From a virus: DNA of 64,000 nucleotides. The first letter of the stretch is position 1; every line of letters begins with the position of its first letter. A program made the translations under genes and the position numbers. This document shows positions 41,044 through 50,328 of the stretch, one piece after another. The notes below the pieces were generated by a model. That model searched no databases, was not told the DNA's origin, and saw only the letters and a list, made by a program, of their open reading frames with translations. Where the stretch lies: positions 40,995-104,994 of the IMG/VR virus record IMGVR_UViG_3300030060_004280; one strand, written 5' to 3'.

Positions 41044-41387
41044 GAGTCAACCCTCCTGCCTTCTGCTACTGCGGCTACATTAGCCATAGCGTGAATATCC
41101 TCCCATGACATTGCATGCCAATCTTCATTTGAACTTGGCATATCTATACCCATACTTTCACTTATTTCCTTAGATGCTTTTGAAATAACTTCATCGCGCT
41201 CTCCGCGAAGTGGGTCACCCCACACATCTTCACTTGCAGGAGTAACTGCTTTTACAAATCCCGACTTGCGTAACATTGCTTGAGGATTAGATACTTGCTT
41301 TCGCAACATACCTAATTCTGCATCCATCGCCTCCATCTTACCAATTAGCGCTTTCATAAGCACCATAGCGTCGGCTTCTTGGGACAA
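41040..41387 (-). CDS. Small scaffold-like protein
   Basis: N-terminal coiled coil. C-terminal MSWEDIHAMA matches the protease/scaffold C-terminus MSWDEVHRMA. Confidence 0.6.
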   Translation of the reverse strand: MSQEADAMVLMKALIGKMEAMDAELGMLRKQVSNPQAMLRKSGFVKAVTPASEDVWGDPLRGERDEVISKASKEISESMGIDMPSSNEDWHAMSWEDIHAMANVAAVAEGRRVDS

Positions 41388-41390
41388 GTA

Positions 41391-41732
41391 TCACACCTGC
41401 CCTTGCTTCTTGAAAACGCCACCGATTCTATCCGGTCCAATGTAACCCATAGGTCGGTCTTCTCCTTTAGCAATGACATTCTCTATACTGTTGAATTGCA
41501 TTACAGGAACACCGCCCGCGTAGCGGTCGTTAATTCCTTCAATTTTGACTTCGGTTTGAGATTTGTAAATAGCGGTTACATCATCAGCAAGATAATCACT
41601 TGTTGTTTGTATGCTTCTTAGAAATTGTTCTGCTGAAACAAGGTCATTATTTGATAGCGCTATTTTGAACTCGGCCATCGCTGTTTCTAACTTGCGAACC
41701 ATCGGGTCCATCTTATTCAGTAGGTCGCTCAT
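41391..41732 (-). CDS. Hypothetical head-module protein
   Basis: Probable leaderless start MSDLLNKMDP at 41732, with a 24-nt spacer from the TACCTTCAAG motif. The ORF-track extension overlaps the portal gene. Confidence 0.6.
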   Translation of the reverse strand: MSDLLNKMDPMVRKLETAMAEFKIALSNNDLVSAEQFLRSIQTTSDYLADDVTAIYKSQTEVKIEGINDRYAGGVPVMQFNSIENVIAKGEDRPMGYIGPDRIGGVFKKQGQV

Positions 41733-41756
41733 AGGTAAGCCCATATCTGCCCGACT

Positions 41757-41766
41757 CTTGAAGGTA
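41757..41766 (-). promoter_or_regulatory. Putative late promoter TACCTTCAAG-N24-ATG
   Basis: Same 10-mer with the same 24-nt spacing occurs upstream of the ATG at 63570. Confidence 0.55.
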
Positions 41767-41772
41767 TCGGCA

Positions 41773-43626
41773 TTAAAAACCGCTTTCTTGGTTCTTACTT
41801 GTAGGGTCTTTAGCGGCTTCAACAGCGTCAAGAGCCTGTTCAGTTACCGTTTTTTCCGAGCCGCGCTGATTCTTTTTTGAAGTGGGTGCGCCACTCAAGT
41901 GCGTTTCCGAACTAAGAGGCGCGGGTCCATTATCGCGCTGTCCTGTTCCTTCACCAAGTCCCATAGCGCCGCCCTTTTCCATCATCATGATAGCCTGTCC
42001 GCCTCCCGATGCTCCGCCTTGAGGCGGTAGCCCCCCGCCGCCTTGAGGAATCATTGCACCGCCCGGAGGTGTCCCTTGTTGTGGTGGCGGCATAGGCATA
42101 CCGCCGCCGGGAGTTGGAGGTGGCATTCCACCCGGAGGCGGCGCTCCACCCGGAGGCGGCGCTCCACCTGCACCACCGGCAGGAGGTTGTTGAGGTTGAG
42201 GGTCGGGCTTCTTGTAAGTGAATCGTATATCTCGCCCTGCATCTTCGGTTAATTCCGGTTGGAAACCAAGCGCTTGCATACGCTGTGCAATATTGACTTC
42301 TTGCTCATCGCGTCGTAGTCTTGTAACATCATCCTCTTCTTCGTTAGGGTAAAGAGTCAATTCCCATTCGTCGACACCCATTTCTTTCAATAGGCGCGGG
42401 AATAGATTTTTTGCATATATTTTCTGTCCGTATTCAACAGCACGATTAGTGACAAGAATCTGCATACCCTCATTGTTGAGTCCGCCGGACTTACCTGCGT
42501 CCATCATAAAGATACTCGATACACCATAAAATGCCGCTATACGCATTCTTACTTCATCACGAACCTGCGCGTATTGCATTTCATCAAGGCTATCCATGAA
42601 GCGCACAAACTCAACTTTACCTCGACCGGATGCTGATTCTATACCAACTTTCGGAATATAATGAGGGTCGCGTTCCATCTTCTCTTCTGCGCCTTTCCAA
42701 AACGATGCAGTTGATTGAATGTTATCAGTAGTGATTGCGAGAACACCACGCGGTATTCTTCGCTTTTGATATGCAAGGTAAATGTAATTATCCATAGCGG
42801 TAAGAGTTTGGGCTTGCCTCCACATTGTAGCGACAGGACTACGCCCATACAATTTAGAAGGATTAAACTTACTTGTGTGAATAATTTCACCATCAATGTA
42901 ATACTGCGTTTTACCACTACCTGCGGTGTTGATGTAGTGAACATCTTGTAATGGTAGCGAGCAAACTTCACACTTTTTATGGTCGCCATTGTGAGGGTAT
43001 GTTCTGTCACGATGAACAGGGCATATGAGATACCTGCCACCTCTTGCTCCGCGCTTATCAGCAACTATCCTCATGAAAGTTGGGTCACCACGCATAACTT
43101 CTTTAATTCGGAAAAACTCTATACCGCCGCTATCGGGGTCAATGAAATACTCTTTGATAAGAATAAGGAATGCATCATCAACAATGTCTAAATCCCATTC
43201 TATTTCACGCATAACATCCATAAAAGATTGGTCCATGCTGTTGCGTTGGTCTAACAACCAACGAGGATAAAGAACTTGGTCTGCGCTTGGGCTTTTGAAC
43301 TCTTCATTACCGCATATTCGACATTCTGCAACGGTATCATGATTGTATTCTTCGCCACAATTGGTGCATTTTTTGTGAAACTTTTTTTGCCAATAATGGC
43401 CGCGCCTAAATATTTCTTGACATAGTGTGTTAATTGTAGTTCTCAAAACAACTGATTCTTGAACAGTTGCATATAGCGCGGGAATGCTTACACCTTGAAC
43501 AAGAACAGGCTCTTGAATACCACTTTTCCAAAGCGGCATAATTGGTTCGGGTGTAGTTCTGCGACGGAATGGTTTTGACAAAGACGACAAGAATCTGCCG
43601 ACTACACCTTTCTTTTCTTCAACCAT
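41773..43626 (-). CDS. Portal protein with Zn-finger insertions and Pro/Gly-rich tail
   Basis: Portal hallmarks (SFMDVMREIEWDLDIVDDAFL...EIIH...LYGRSPV...EMQYAQVRDEVRMRIAAFYGVS). Cys pairs CTNC/CRIC and CPVH/CEVC. Downstream of TerL. Confidence 0.85.
   Translation of the reverse strand: MVEEKKGVVGRFLSSLSKPFRRRTTPEPIMPLWKSGIQEPVLVQGVSIPALYATVQESVVLRTTINTLCQEIFRRGHYWQKKFHKKCTNCGEEYNHDTVAECRICGNEEFKSPSADQVLYPRWLLDQRNSMDQSFMDVMREIEWDLDIVDDAFLILIKEYFIDPDSGGIEFFRIKEVMRGDPTFMRIVADKRGARGGRYLICPVHRDRTYPHNGDHKKCEVCSLPLQDVHYINTAGSGKTQYYIDGEIIHTSKFNPSKLYGRSPVATMWRQAQTLTAMDNYIYLAYQKRRIPRGVLAITTDNIQSTASFWKGAEEKMERDPHYIPKVGIESASGRGKVEFVRFMDSLDEMQYAQVRDEVRMRIAAFYGVSSIFMMDAGKSGGLNNEGMQILVTNRAVEYGQKIYAKNLFPRLLKEMGVDEWELTLYPNEEEDDVTRLRRDEQEVNIAQRMQALGFQPELTEDAGRDIRFTYKKPDPQPQQPPAGGAGGAPPPGGAPPPGGMPPPTPGGGMPMPPPQQGTPPGGAMIPQGGGGLPPQGGASGGGQAIMMMEKGGAMGLGEGTGQRDNGPAPLSSETHLSGAPTSKKNQRGSEKTVTEQALDAVEAAKDPTSKNQESGF
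42128..42168. repeat. 18-bp tandem repeat encoding GAPPPG in the portal tail
   Basis: ccacccggaggcggcgct x2 plus a partial copy. Confidence 0.8.
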
Positions 43627-45062
43627 TAAATCAGCCTCTCTATGCGGTGAATGTCGTCGACGAGCCGTATAACTTCATTGTCGCGCTGTCCCCATGCAAG
43701 AACTTCTGCCTCATCAACTTTCCACTCTCGGAGCAATTTATCACGCTCTTCGGGAACATCTTTCCAATTTTCCCACTTCACTATACGATATAATTCTTCT
43801 CTTCGTGATTTAACAAGGTTGCTTTTAGACCCTCTTAAATCGAGTAAATGCAATACTGCGTTGGCTTGATTCTTTTTCATTTGTAAATGAGGCGTTATAC
43901 CTTTGAGTAATTTGCGCAAATCATCAGCACCATAAAACTGCAAACGATGTTGTGTGCGCTTACTATTCTTGTGTATTTTCAAATCAGTCTGTAACACTCC
44001 GCATCCAAGCGACTTATGCAATTGCTCACAATGCAACTTGCCCCTACCCCCTGTCGCTACAAACCCTGCTCTTGGTTCTCCGCGTTTTGTGATTGTGATA
44101 TACCCGTCAGCATCGAGAAATCCTGCGGCATAAGCCCATATATCTTTGACAATTACAGTATCGTCTTGTATGATTCCATAGTTAGTGCCTATCTTTTCAA
44201 TATCATATTCGACACCATGCATCTTCAACAAAGATGCCATTTTTCTAATAGTTAGATGTTTAGGTGAACCTATTGAATTGTATATTTCATTTGAAGATAG
44301 TGGACCTCTTTCTATAAGAATGTCTGCTGAACGCGTAAGCCATATTGCTTCTTGTTTCTTTATGTCGTCTATCGGATGCAATGTCTTTCTCCATTGGGAT
44401 TTGGCATCCTTTCTCATTTGTCTTGAATCAAGCCATAATTGCAATTGGTCTTGGTTAAAGTCACCTTCTATTTGAGATAATTTAGTAATTACATCGTTAG
44501 CCTTCTCCCACATAGCGCATGCTCTTCGCAAAGACATTTCCTTTGTCACGCCATGTTTTCTCAAAGCGTGTAAGTTTCTATCGGAAACTCCAAGAGCGCG
44601 TATAGATGATAAGTGCTTATTAGCCCACGGTATAGATTTCAATGTTGATTCAACCTCTTCTTTTTTCGCAATTCGTATAGCGTCTATGGCAAGGTCTATG
44701 TCTTCTCGCATATCTTTTCTATCGCGTCGCGCCATTCGCAACTCCTTCACCATTGATTCTGCATCTTTTCCAAACATTGATTGAAACCAACCATTGTGAG
44801 GCATAGCGCTTTTGAGTTGTTGCGTAGGTTGAACTGATTGTTGTTGCGCTACCACTTCTTGTATTTTCTTTTTCTCTTTATCCTGTTCCATCGCATCGGG
44901 TTGAGATGGGGTTGTTGGTGCGGATAATTCACCTTCTCCTTGTGACTGTGTTTTAGGAGCATCGCCCATATTTGGATTTGCTACTGTTCCTGTTGCTTTA
45001 CGCAGAATGGCATCTATTTCTTCATCCCTAAGAATAGAGCCGGTCCACATTAACAATTCCAC
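43626..45062 (-). CDS. Protein with helical N-terminus, HTH-like segment and C-terminal single LAGLIDADG domain
   Basis: WAYAAGFLDADGYITI...LRKLLKGITPHLQMKKNQANAVLHLL is the classic single-motif LAGLIDADG pattern. LSSNEIYNSI...TIRKMASLLK is HTH-like. Confidence 0.75.
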   Translation of the reverse strand: MELLMWTGSILRDEEIDAILRKATGTVANPNMGDAPKTQSQGEGELSAPTTPSQPDAMEQDKEKKKIQEVVAQQQSVQPTQQLKSAMPHNGWFQSMFGKDAESMVKELRMARRDRKDMREDIDLAIDAIRIAKKEEVESTLKSIPWANKHLSSIRALGVSDRNLHALRKHGVTKEMSLRRACAMWEKANDVITKLSQIEGDFNQDQLQLWLDSRQMRKDAKSQWRKTLHPIDDIKKQEAIWLTRSADILIERGPLSSNEIYNSIGSPKHLTIRKMASLLKMHGVEYDIEKIGTNYGIIQDDTVIVKDIWAYAAGFLDADGYITITKRGEPRAGFVATGGRGKLHCEQLHKSLGCGVLQTDLKIHKNSKRTQHRLQFYGADDLRKLLKGITPHLQMKKNQANAVLHLLDLRGSKSNLVKSRREELYRIVKWENWKDVPEERDKLLREWKVDEAEVLAWGQRDNEVIRLVDDIHRIERLI

Positions 45063-45463
45063 CTTTTCAAAGCCGCGCCTTTCGGAGTCAATTTACCGCC
45101 TTTACTTGTTGGTCCTTTCACTCCACCCATTCTCGCACAAAACGATTTGCGCCTTTTTGCTTTTTTACCACCGGGTTTCAACTTACTCGGTTTAGTTGTA
45201 ACCGGAGGTTTTAGATTCGCGCCGCTTTTTCGCTTTGCGGCGGCTCGACCTTTAGCGTTCAATCCACCTTTACGGCTGTGTTTATTTGGATTGTAACCAT
45301 GAAACGGCTTGCTTTTCTTTTTGGCTTTGAGAACTTCAAGAGCAACTTGAACAGGTGAGCAACAATCACAAAATGTAACCTCTTTTGCTATATCGCTATC
45401 ATTCATCATCGCTAACTCTTCTGCCGTTATTGGCTCATGTTCTATGTATTCGTATTCTGTCAA
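45050..45463 (-). CDS. Basic phage protein (DUF6321-like) with acidic leader
   Basis: GGLNAKGRAAAK...NLKPPV...RRKSFCARMGG...ALKRWNC is a pattern I recognise from marine phages. Preceded by SPVQVALEVLKA. Confidence 0.6.
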   Translation of the reverse strand: MTEYEYIEHEPITAEELAMMNDSDIAKEVTFCDCCSPVQVALEVLKAKKKSKPFHGYNPNKHSRKGGLNAKGRAAAKRKSGANLKPPVTTKPSKLKPGGKKAKRRKSFCARMGGVKGPTSKGGKLTPKGAALKRWNC

Positions 45464-46860
45464 TCAATCAACCCCGCCATCATTTCATCAATGTCGACTA
45501 TTCTTTCACGGAACTCGGTAGTTCCCCAATGCGCTAATGCAAGCGCGATAGCAAAGTCATCATGTCGCCCGATGCTATCTAACTTACCCTTCTTAGACAT
45601 ACCGAACATGAGTAGTTCCCGTTCTAACTCGCTCATAAGGGTTCGGGAGTTTTCATCACCCCACGGTAATCTTAACTGTTCTTTTTCAAAACGCATAACC
45701 AACCCCATCAATAATGATTCTCGGCGTTGACGCGTTGAAATAAATGTCTTAATTGGTAAATCTGTATCTGCGCGTAGTTCAGTTGCAAACACACGCTGAA
45801 AGTTGTTGGCTTCAAGTTCTATAACCATAGGTGCAAACTTGGCATTGATTTTCTGTATCTCCATAATTTGTGTTCGGAAATCCATATTCTTTCTGCGAAC
45901 TACATGCACTAATTCAAGCAGTTCGGGATTGGTTGATGGGCGGCGTAATACCACCATAACAGTATAGTCAGCGCTTCTATCCGATGAAATAGCGGGGTCC
46001 CAACCGACAAAGTATTGGTCGTCGGGGTCGCCTTCTGCTCTATTGATAATTCTTAAATCGCTATCTTTAGCGGCCTGTAATACCAACGATGGGAATAAAC
46101 TGCTCATATCGTCCATCGGTTCACAAAGATATTCTCGCGCAAAAGCAATAGCGGGCATATCGTTACGCCTCGCATCAAGTGAATCTAAATCCCAACGCTC
46201 CGGCCATAGCGCTACACCCTTTGAGTTGATAGCGGGATATGTTTCAACAAGGTAACCCTCACGCTGTTCTAACTCGGTGTAAAGGTCAGTCGGTGTAAAA
46301 GGTGTTCCGACAATCATTAATTTTGAAGTGTGGTGAAGTGTAGGAACAAGAACTTCATAAAACCAACTTGCAACTCTTTGCAATTCTGTATCTGTTGTTC
46401 CCCACAGAATGTCGTCACAAAGAATCAAGTCCGGGTGAATACCACGGATAGCGCCACCAACCGACTTCGCGCTAATGTTAGAACCGTTGCTAAATCCAAA
46501 GAATGTTTTAGACCACGCATCGGCTTTTTTCATTTTTGCTAAAAATGGTATTCCGTCAATCAAATCGTTTAATGTGCGCATATGGTGTATAGACTGATGC
46601 AAACTGTGGCTGATAAGAACCGCTTTACATTTTGGATTGAACGCTACTTTCCAAAGCAAATAGCCGAGAAATAGCGTTGACTTACCGTGGTCCCTTGCCG
46701 CTTTTACACAATAGCGCTTTTGAGTTTCAAGATTATTATACCATTCTTCGTGATGATGTGATAACTGAAAGCCAAGAATATCTTCAAAGAAGAACTTGAA
46801 GTCGCGCTTCGCTACTTCATAATCTATCTCTTCAAGTGTTTCAAGGCTCAAGCCCTGCAT
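45460..46860 (-). CDS. terL: Terminase large subunit
   Basis: Walker A AARDHGKST, IRGIHPDLILCDD (Walker B), IVGTP, LWPERW, FAREYLCEP, nuclease GWDPA and HDDFAIAL. Confidence 0.95.
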   Translation of the reverse strand: MQGLSLETLEEIDYEVAKRDFKFFFEDILGFQLSHHHEEWYNNLETQKRYCVKAARDHGKSTLFLGYLLWKVAFNPKCKAVLISHSLHQSIHHMRTLNDLIDGIPFLAKMKKADAWSKTFFGFSNGSNISAKSVGGAIRGIHPDLILCDDILWGTTDTELQRVASWFYEVLVPTLHHTSKLMIVGTPFTPTDLYTELEQREGYLVETYPAINSKGVALWPERWDLDSLDARRNDMPAIAFAREYLCEPMDDMSSLFPSLVLQAAKDSDLRIINRAEGDPDDQYFVGWDPAISSDRSADYTVMVVLRRPSTNPELLELVHVVRRKNMDFRTQIMEIQKINAKFAPMVIELEANNFQRVFATELRADTDLPIKTFISTRQRRESLLMGLVMRFEKEQLRLPWGDENSRTLMSELERELLMFGMSKKGKLDSIGRHDDFAIALALAHWGTTEFRERIVDIDEMMAGLID

Positions 46861-46864
46861 GCGC

Positions 46865-48541
46865 TCACCTCACATTCAACCTTTTCAGTAGCAAACCATA
46901 TTCCGGTATTTCATCATATGAGGCTAATATACCCGTTCCATCATCATCACCTTCGTCAAACTCCATTGGCTCTTCTTTAGGCTCTTCTTTCTTAGGCTTC
47001 TCTTCTTCATCGAAGTCCATTGGTTCTTCTTTAGGTTCTTCTTTCTTAGGAGTAGCCTTTGCCTTCTTAGGCTTGGCATCTTTCTTAGGAGTAGTCTTCT
47101 TCTTAGGTTTAGCCTCTTTCTTAGGTTTAGCCTCTTTCTTAGGAGTAGCCTTCTTAGCCTTTGGTTTAGCGGGCTTTGCTTCTTCTTTTGCCGGTGGTGC
47201 TTCTTCTCCTGCACCCGCGTCTTCGACAATTTGCTCCGCTACATCGGGGCTTACATTGAAAGAATCCATAATTAGTTTTATTATTCCCTTTTTATCCATG
47301 TCGCTACCGCGAGGACCTTTGAATCCATGAACTGCTTCAACTAATTCTTTCTTAGTAGGATTTCTGCCTTCTGCTTTCGCTTTATCAACAAGAGGTTGGA
47401 TAGCGGCAACCCACTTCTTAGCCGTCTTCTTTGAATAATTATCGTTAATGGCTTGTTGCCAAGAGTTTGCATCACCCTCATCTTTCTGCGGTTTAGCCGA
47501 TATATCAGTTGGCATTTTTTCTTCGGGTCCTTGAACCGGCGTATCAGTCATTGCTTCTTCGGGTATTCCTTCTCCCATTTCTCGTATTTTTTCTTCTAAT
47601 TGTGGGTCGGTATCTTCATCAAATGGTATTTCTCCTTGCTCATGCATCATTGATGGGTCTAATGTTCTGCCTACTGATTCCATCCTTTGCGGATATGGCG
47701 GTTCGGGATTCTTCATTGGGTTGGGGTCTGCTTTCCACTTCGCGTTTGCCCTATCCTTCATTCTCTCTTCGTTAGTTCTGCCTAATCTTCTCGCTTCATC
47801 AGTTGCACCTACTTTATCTTCGGCTTGTGTTAACAACTTAACATTGTGGTCGTAAATCTGTCTTTGGGAGGGCGACATATCATCGGGGTCAATTCCCGCA
47901 AATCTGTTTAGAACATTTTGAGCATCTAACTTTGTTCTATTAGCCTGTCTTTGAGTTGAAGCATCTTTCATACCTTGTAACCCTGTAATCAAACGGGCTT
48001 TTGGATTGAGTCTATCGCGAAGTCGATAGCGTTCTTTCATCTTTCCTGCCGTTCCTGCCGAAGCATCAAGAGCGCCGCCACGCGAATGAGCGCCACCTGT
48101 GAAAAGATTCTTGACTCCCGCTACTAATGCTTGACCGGGTTTTCCTGCTTGCATCAATTCCGCACCTGTTGGTTTTGGATTGTAATTAAGAGGATTCCCT
48201 TGTGAATCTTTTGCGTTTTGTTGCGCTTGCATTCTTTCTTGATATGCCGCAACTTGTTGTGCGTTAATAGCGTCTTTCATATTTCGAGGTTGTGACGCTT
48301 GTGTTTGTTGCGCTACATCCTTCAACAGTATATCGGGGTGTGTGTTTAGCGCGGATGATGCGGCTTTGATAAGAGGCATGGATGTATCATCTTGTATATC
48401 CCAAACGACATAGTTAATATCAGCCCAACTATGCCCTTTTGCTATCATAAACTCGTAAGTTCCGATAACTTTACCGCTTTTTATCATGTATGAGTTCCAT
48501 TCTAATTCTGTTTCAATATTCATGTTAATGCCTCCAAACAC
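46865..48541 (-). CDS. Large low-complexity protein with histone H1-like Lys/Pro/Ala repeats and acidic tail
   Basis: PAKPKAKKATPKKEAKPKKEAKPKKKTTPKKDAKPKKAKATPKK followed by KEEPKEEPM(D/E)FDE x2. Confidence 0.7.
   Translation of the reverse strand: MFGGINMNIETELEWNSYMIKSGKVIGTYEFMIAKGHSWADINYVVWDIQDDTSMPLIKAASSALNTHPDILLKDVAQQTQASQPRNMKDAINAQQVAAYQERMQAQQNAKDSQGNPLNYNPKPTGAELMQAGKPGQALVAGVKNLFTGGAHSRGGALDASAGTAGKMKERYRLRDRLNPKARLITGLQGMKDASTQRQANRTKLDAQNVLNRFAGIDPDDMSPSQRQIYDHNVKLLTQAEDKVGATDEARRLGRTNEERMKDRANAKWKADPNPMKNPEPPYPQRMESVGRTLDPSMMHEQGEIPFDEDTDPQLEEKIREMGEGIPEEAMTDTPVQGPEEKMPTDISAKPQKDEGDANSWQQAINDNYSKKTAKKWVAAIQPLVDKAKAEGRNPTKKELVEAVHGFKGPRGSDMDKKGIIKLIMDSFNVSPDVAEQIVEDAGAGEEAPPAKEEAKPAKPKAKKATPKKEAKPKKEAKPKKKTTPKKDAKPKKAKATPKKEEPKEEPMDFDEEEKPKKEEPKEEPMEFDEGDDDGTGILASYDEIPEYGLLLKRLNVR
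46950..47190. repeat. Degenerate coding tandem repeats (PKK units)
   Basis: Repeated ttcttagg units; cttaggtttagcctcttt x2; duplicated ccattgg(c/t)tcttctttagg(c/t)tcttc. Confidence 0.8.
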
Positions 48542-50328
48542 GACGCTTTGATAATGTCAACCACATCGCGCCCTACTTGAAAATGTTCCGCTACTTTCGA
48601 CCAATCTCCAATACTCATAGCAATAGCGCGAACATCTGTTGATTCAAGGTCAAGTTGTTTCGCTAAAACTATCATATGGTTTCGATTATGAGGATTTAGA
48701 TTAGTATATTGAACGCTTTTCATTATTTGCGCGTTTTCCCATGTGTCGTGCATTTGCACTCTTTCCATAACTGCGGCGATAGCGCCCATCGGGTCGTCAA
48801 AAGAAGTCATAAAATTATCATCTTGTTGATTACGCATTGTTGTCGTCCCTTCGGGCGCAAATGGGTCATTCGCTGATGGACCCGCGCCAAGATTAGGGTC
48901 ATTCAAAGGTGGACCACCACCTACACCTGCGGGTGGTAATTGTTGATTTTCCATCATTGGGTCATAATCTCCTACACTAATATGGTCGGGTAATTGGTCG
49001 TGAAGGTGTCCTAACTCATCTGTTATTCTGCCATGCATTTCATGATGCTCTTGAGCAATACCCATGTTCATCAAATCAACAGGTCTGCCTCCTTGTTGTA
49101 TAGCGAATGATTTCCAACCGCTAATAACTGATGCCGGAGGTTTTGAAATACCAAGCGCGGGTGTAATATCAACCCCTAACTCTTCTGCTGTTTTGAGAGT
49201 AGCCAATATTCTCTTCGCCGCGTCTGTTCTGCCTCTATCAGCACCACCAATTCTCCCGTCAAAGTGACTTCTATGCTTATGATACATGTCCGCTATGGTG
49301 TTATCTTTGTTTTGACCGTCTATACCAATGTATGTCTGTATTCGATTGACGATATTATTGAGTTGAGTGGCTGAACCCTTTTTGCCTCGACCCATAATTA
49401 ACTGTGCGGCGGGTGCGCGAGCCATTGCTTCTGCTCTTCGCGCTGATACACCTTCTCTAACTAACGCATTTATCACTTGTAGCGGTGGCCTACCCTTTGA
49501 AGTAGGAACAAAAAACGCATCCGGTAAAGATGCGATAATATCAGCAGGTCTTATCTGCCCGTATTGGGTTTTTTCATTATATTTTTCCGAGCCATATTCG
49601 GGAAAATGGTGATTATCTTTACTTGTTGGGTCTTTCATGTTACTGCTGTATCTTTCAAGAAGGCTTCTCATTCTGTATGAACCATCAGCCATCTTTTCGG
49701 GTGCGCGAACTATATGTTGAGGCTCAAGAACATTTTGCCTCGCTCCTAAATCGCTTTCAACGCCTAACGCTTGTATAATTTTACGGAACTCTTTTTCAAA
49801 ATGGAACGCTCCCGACTCAAGGAAACGACCGAGAGTGTTATGTCTAACGCTATTATAGTGCAAATTGATGAGTTGACCCTTTGAATCTCGCGTTTTTCTT
49901 GCAGAAGTTGGAACATTTCGTGCTTCGTGTTGCCCGTAATGATTACTTTTGTATTCGGGATGCAAATTACCGTTCTCATCAAAGGGAATTGGCACAGTAT
50001 GAAAGTTATCACCTTCGTTTCTTTTAGTCCTGTTGAAGTCGATAGCGGCTTTATTCATGATTTCTTTAGCCTTTTGTAGCGCTAAATTACCCGGAAACAT
50101 TTGCCTTAACTTTTTATTTTCTGCAAGATACCTTGCCGCCGCCTCCATAGGCCAATGACGCATGTTATCGGGTATCTCTTTGTGCGGTTTCCCTGTTGAA
50201 TGGTCTATATGAAAATGTGACATTTCTTTATGCGGTGAACTCGGATGAGGAAATGACATTGGAATCAATTTACCTCCTGCTCCGCGCTTATACACACCTT
50301 TTCCCTTGATGATATTATCATTCATCAT
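48520..50328 (-). CDS. Hypothetical 602-aa protein, possible C-terminal HTH
   Basis: Long ORF coupled to both neighbours; His-rich; C-terminus DWSKVAEHFQVGRDVVDIIK. Confidence 0.65.
   Translation of the reverse strand: MMNDNIIKGKGVYKRGAGGKLIPMSFPHPSSPHKEMSHFHIDHSTGKPHKEIPDNMRHWPMEAAARYLAENKKLRQMFPGNLALQKAKEIMNKAAIDFNRTKRNEGDNFHTVPIPFDENGNLHPEYKSNHYGQHEARNVPTSARKTRDSKGQLINLHYNSVRHNTLGRFLESGAFHFEKEFRKIIQALGVESDLGARQNVLEPQHIVRAPEKMADGSYRMRSLLERYSSNMKDPTSKDNHHFPEYGSEKYNEKTQYGQIRPADIIASLPDAFFVPTSKGRPPLQVINALVREGVSARRAEAMARAPAAQLIMGRGKKGSATQLNNIVNRIQTYIGIDGQNKDNTIADMYHKHRSHFDGRIGGADRGRTDAAKRILATLKTAEELGVDITPALGISKPPASVISGWKSFAIQQGGRPVDLMNMGIAQEHHEMHGRITDELGHLHDQLPDHISVGDYDPMMENQQLPPAGVGGGPPLNDPNLGAGPSANDPFAPEGTTTMRNQQDDNFMTSFDDPMGAIAAVMERVQMHDTWENAQIMKSVQYTNLNPHNRNHMIVLAKQLDLESTDVRAIAMSIGDWSKVAEHFQVGRDVVDIIKASCLEALT

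Noticed and set aside
45050-45463. Holin call for the DUF6321-like protein
   Set aside because: It has no hydrophobic segment and is highly basic and soluble.
43626-46860. Intein or intron associated with terL or the LAGLIDADG ORF
   Set aside because: TerL is continuous and of normal length. No C/S...HN splice junctions flank the LAGLIDADG domain, and neighbouring genes appear intact.
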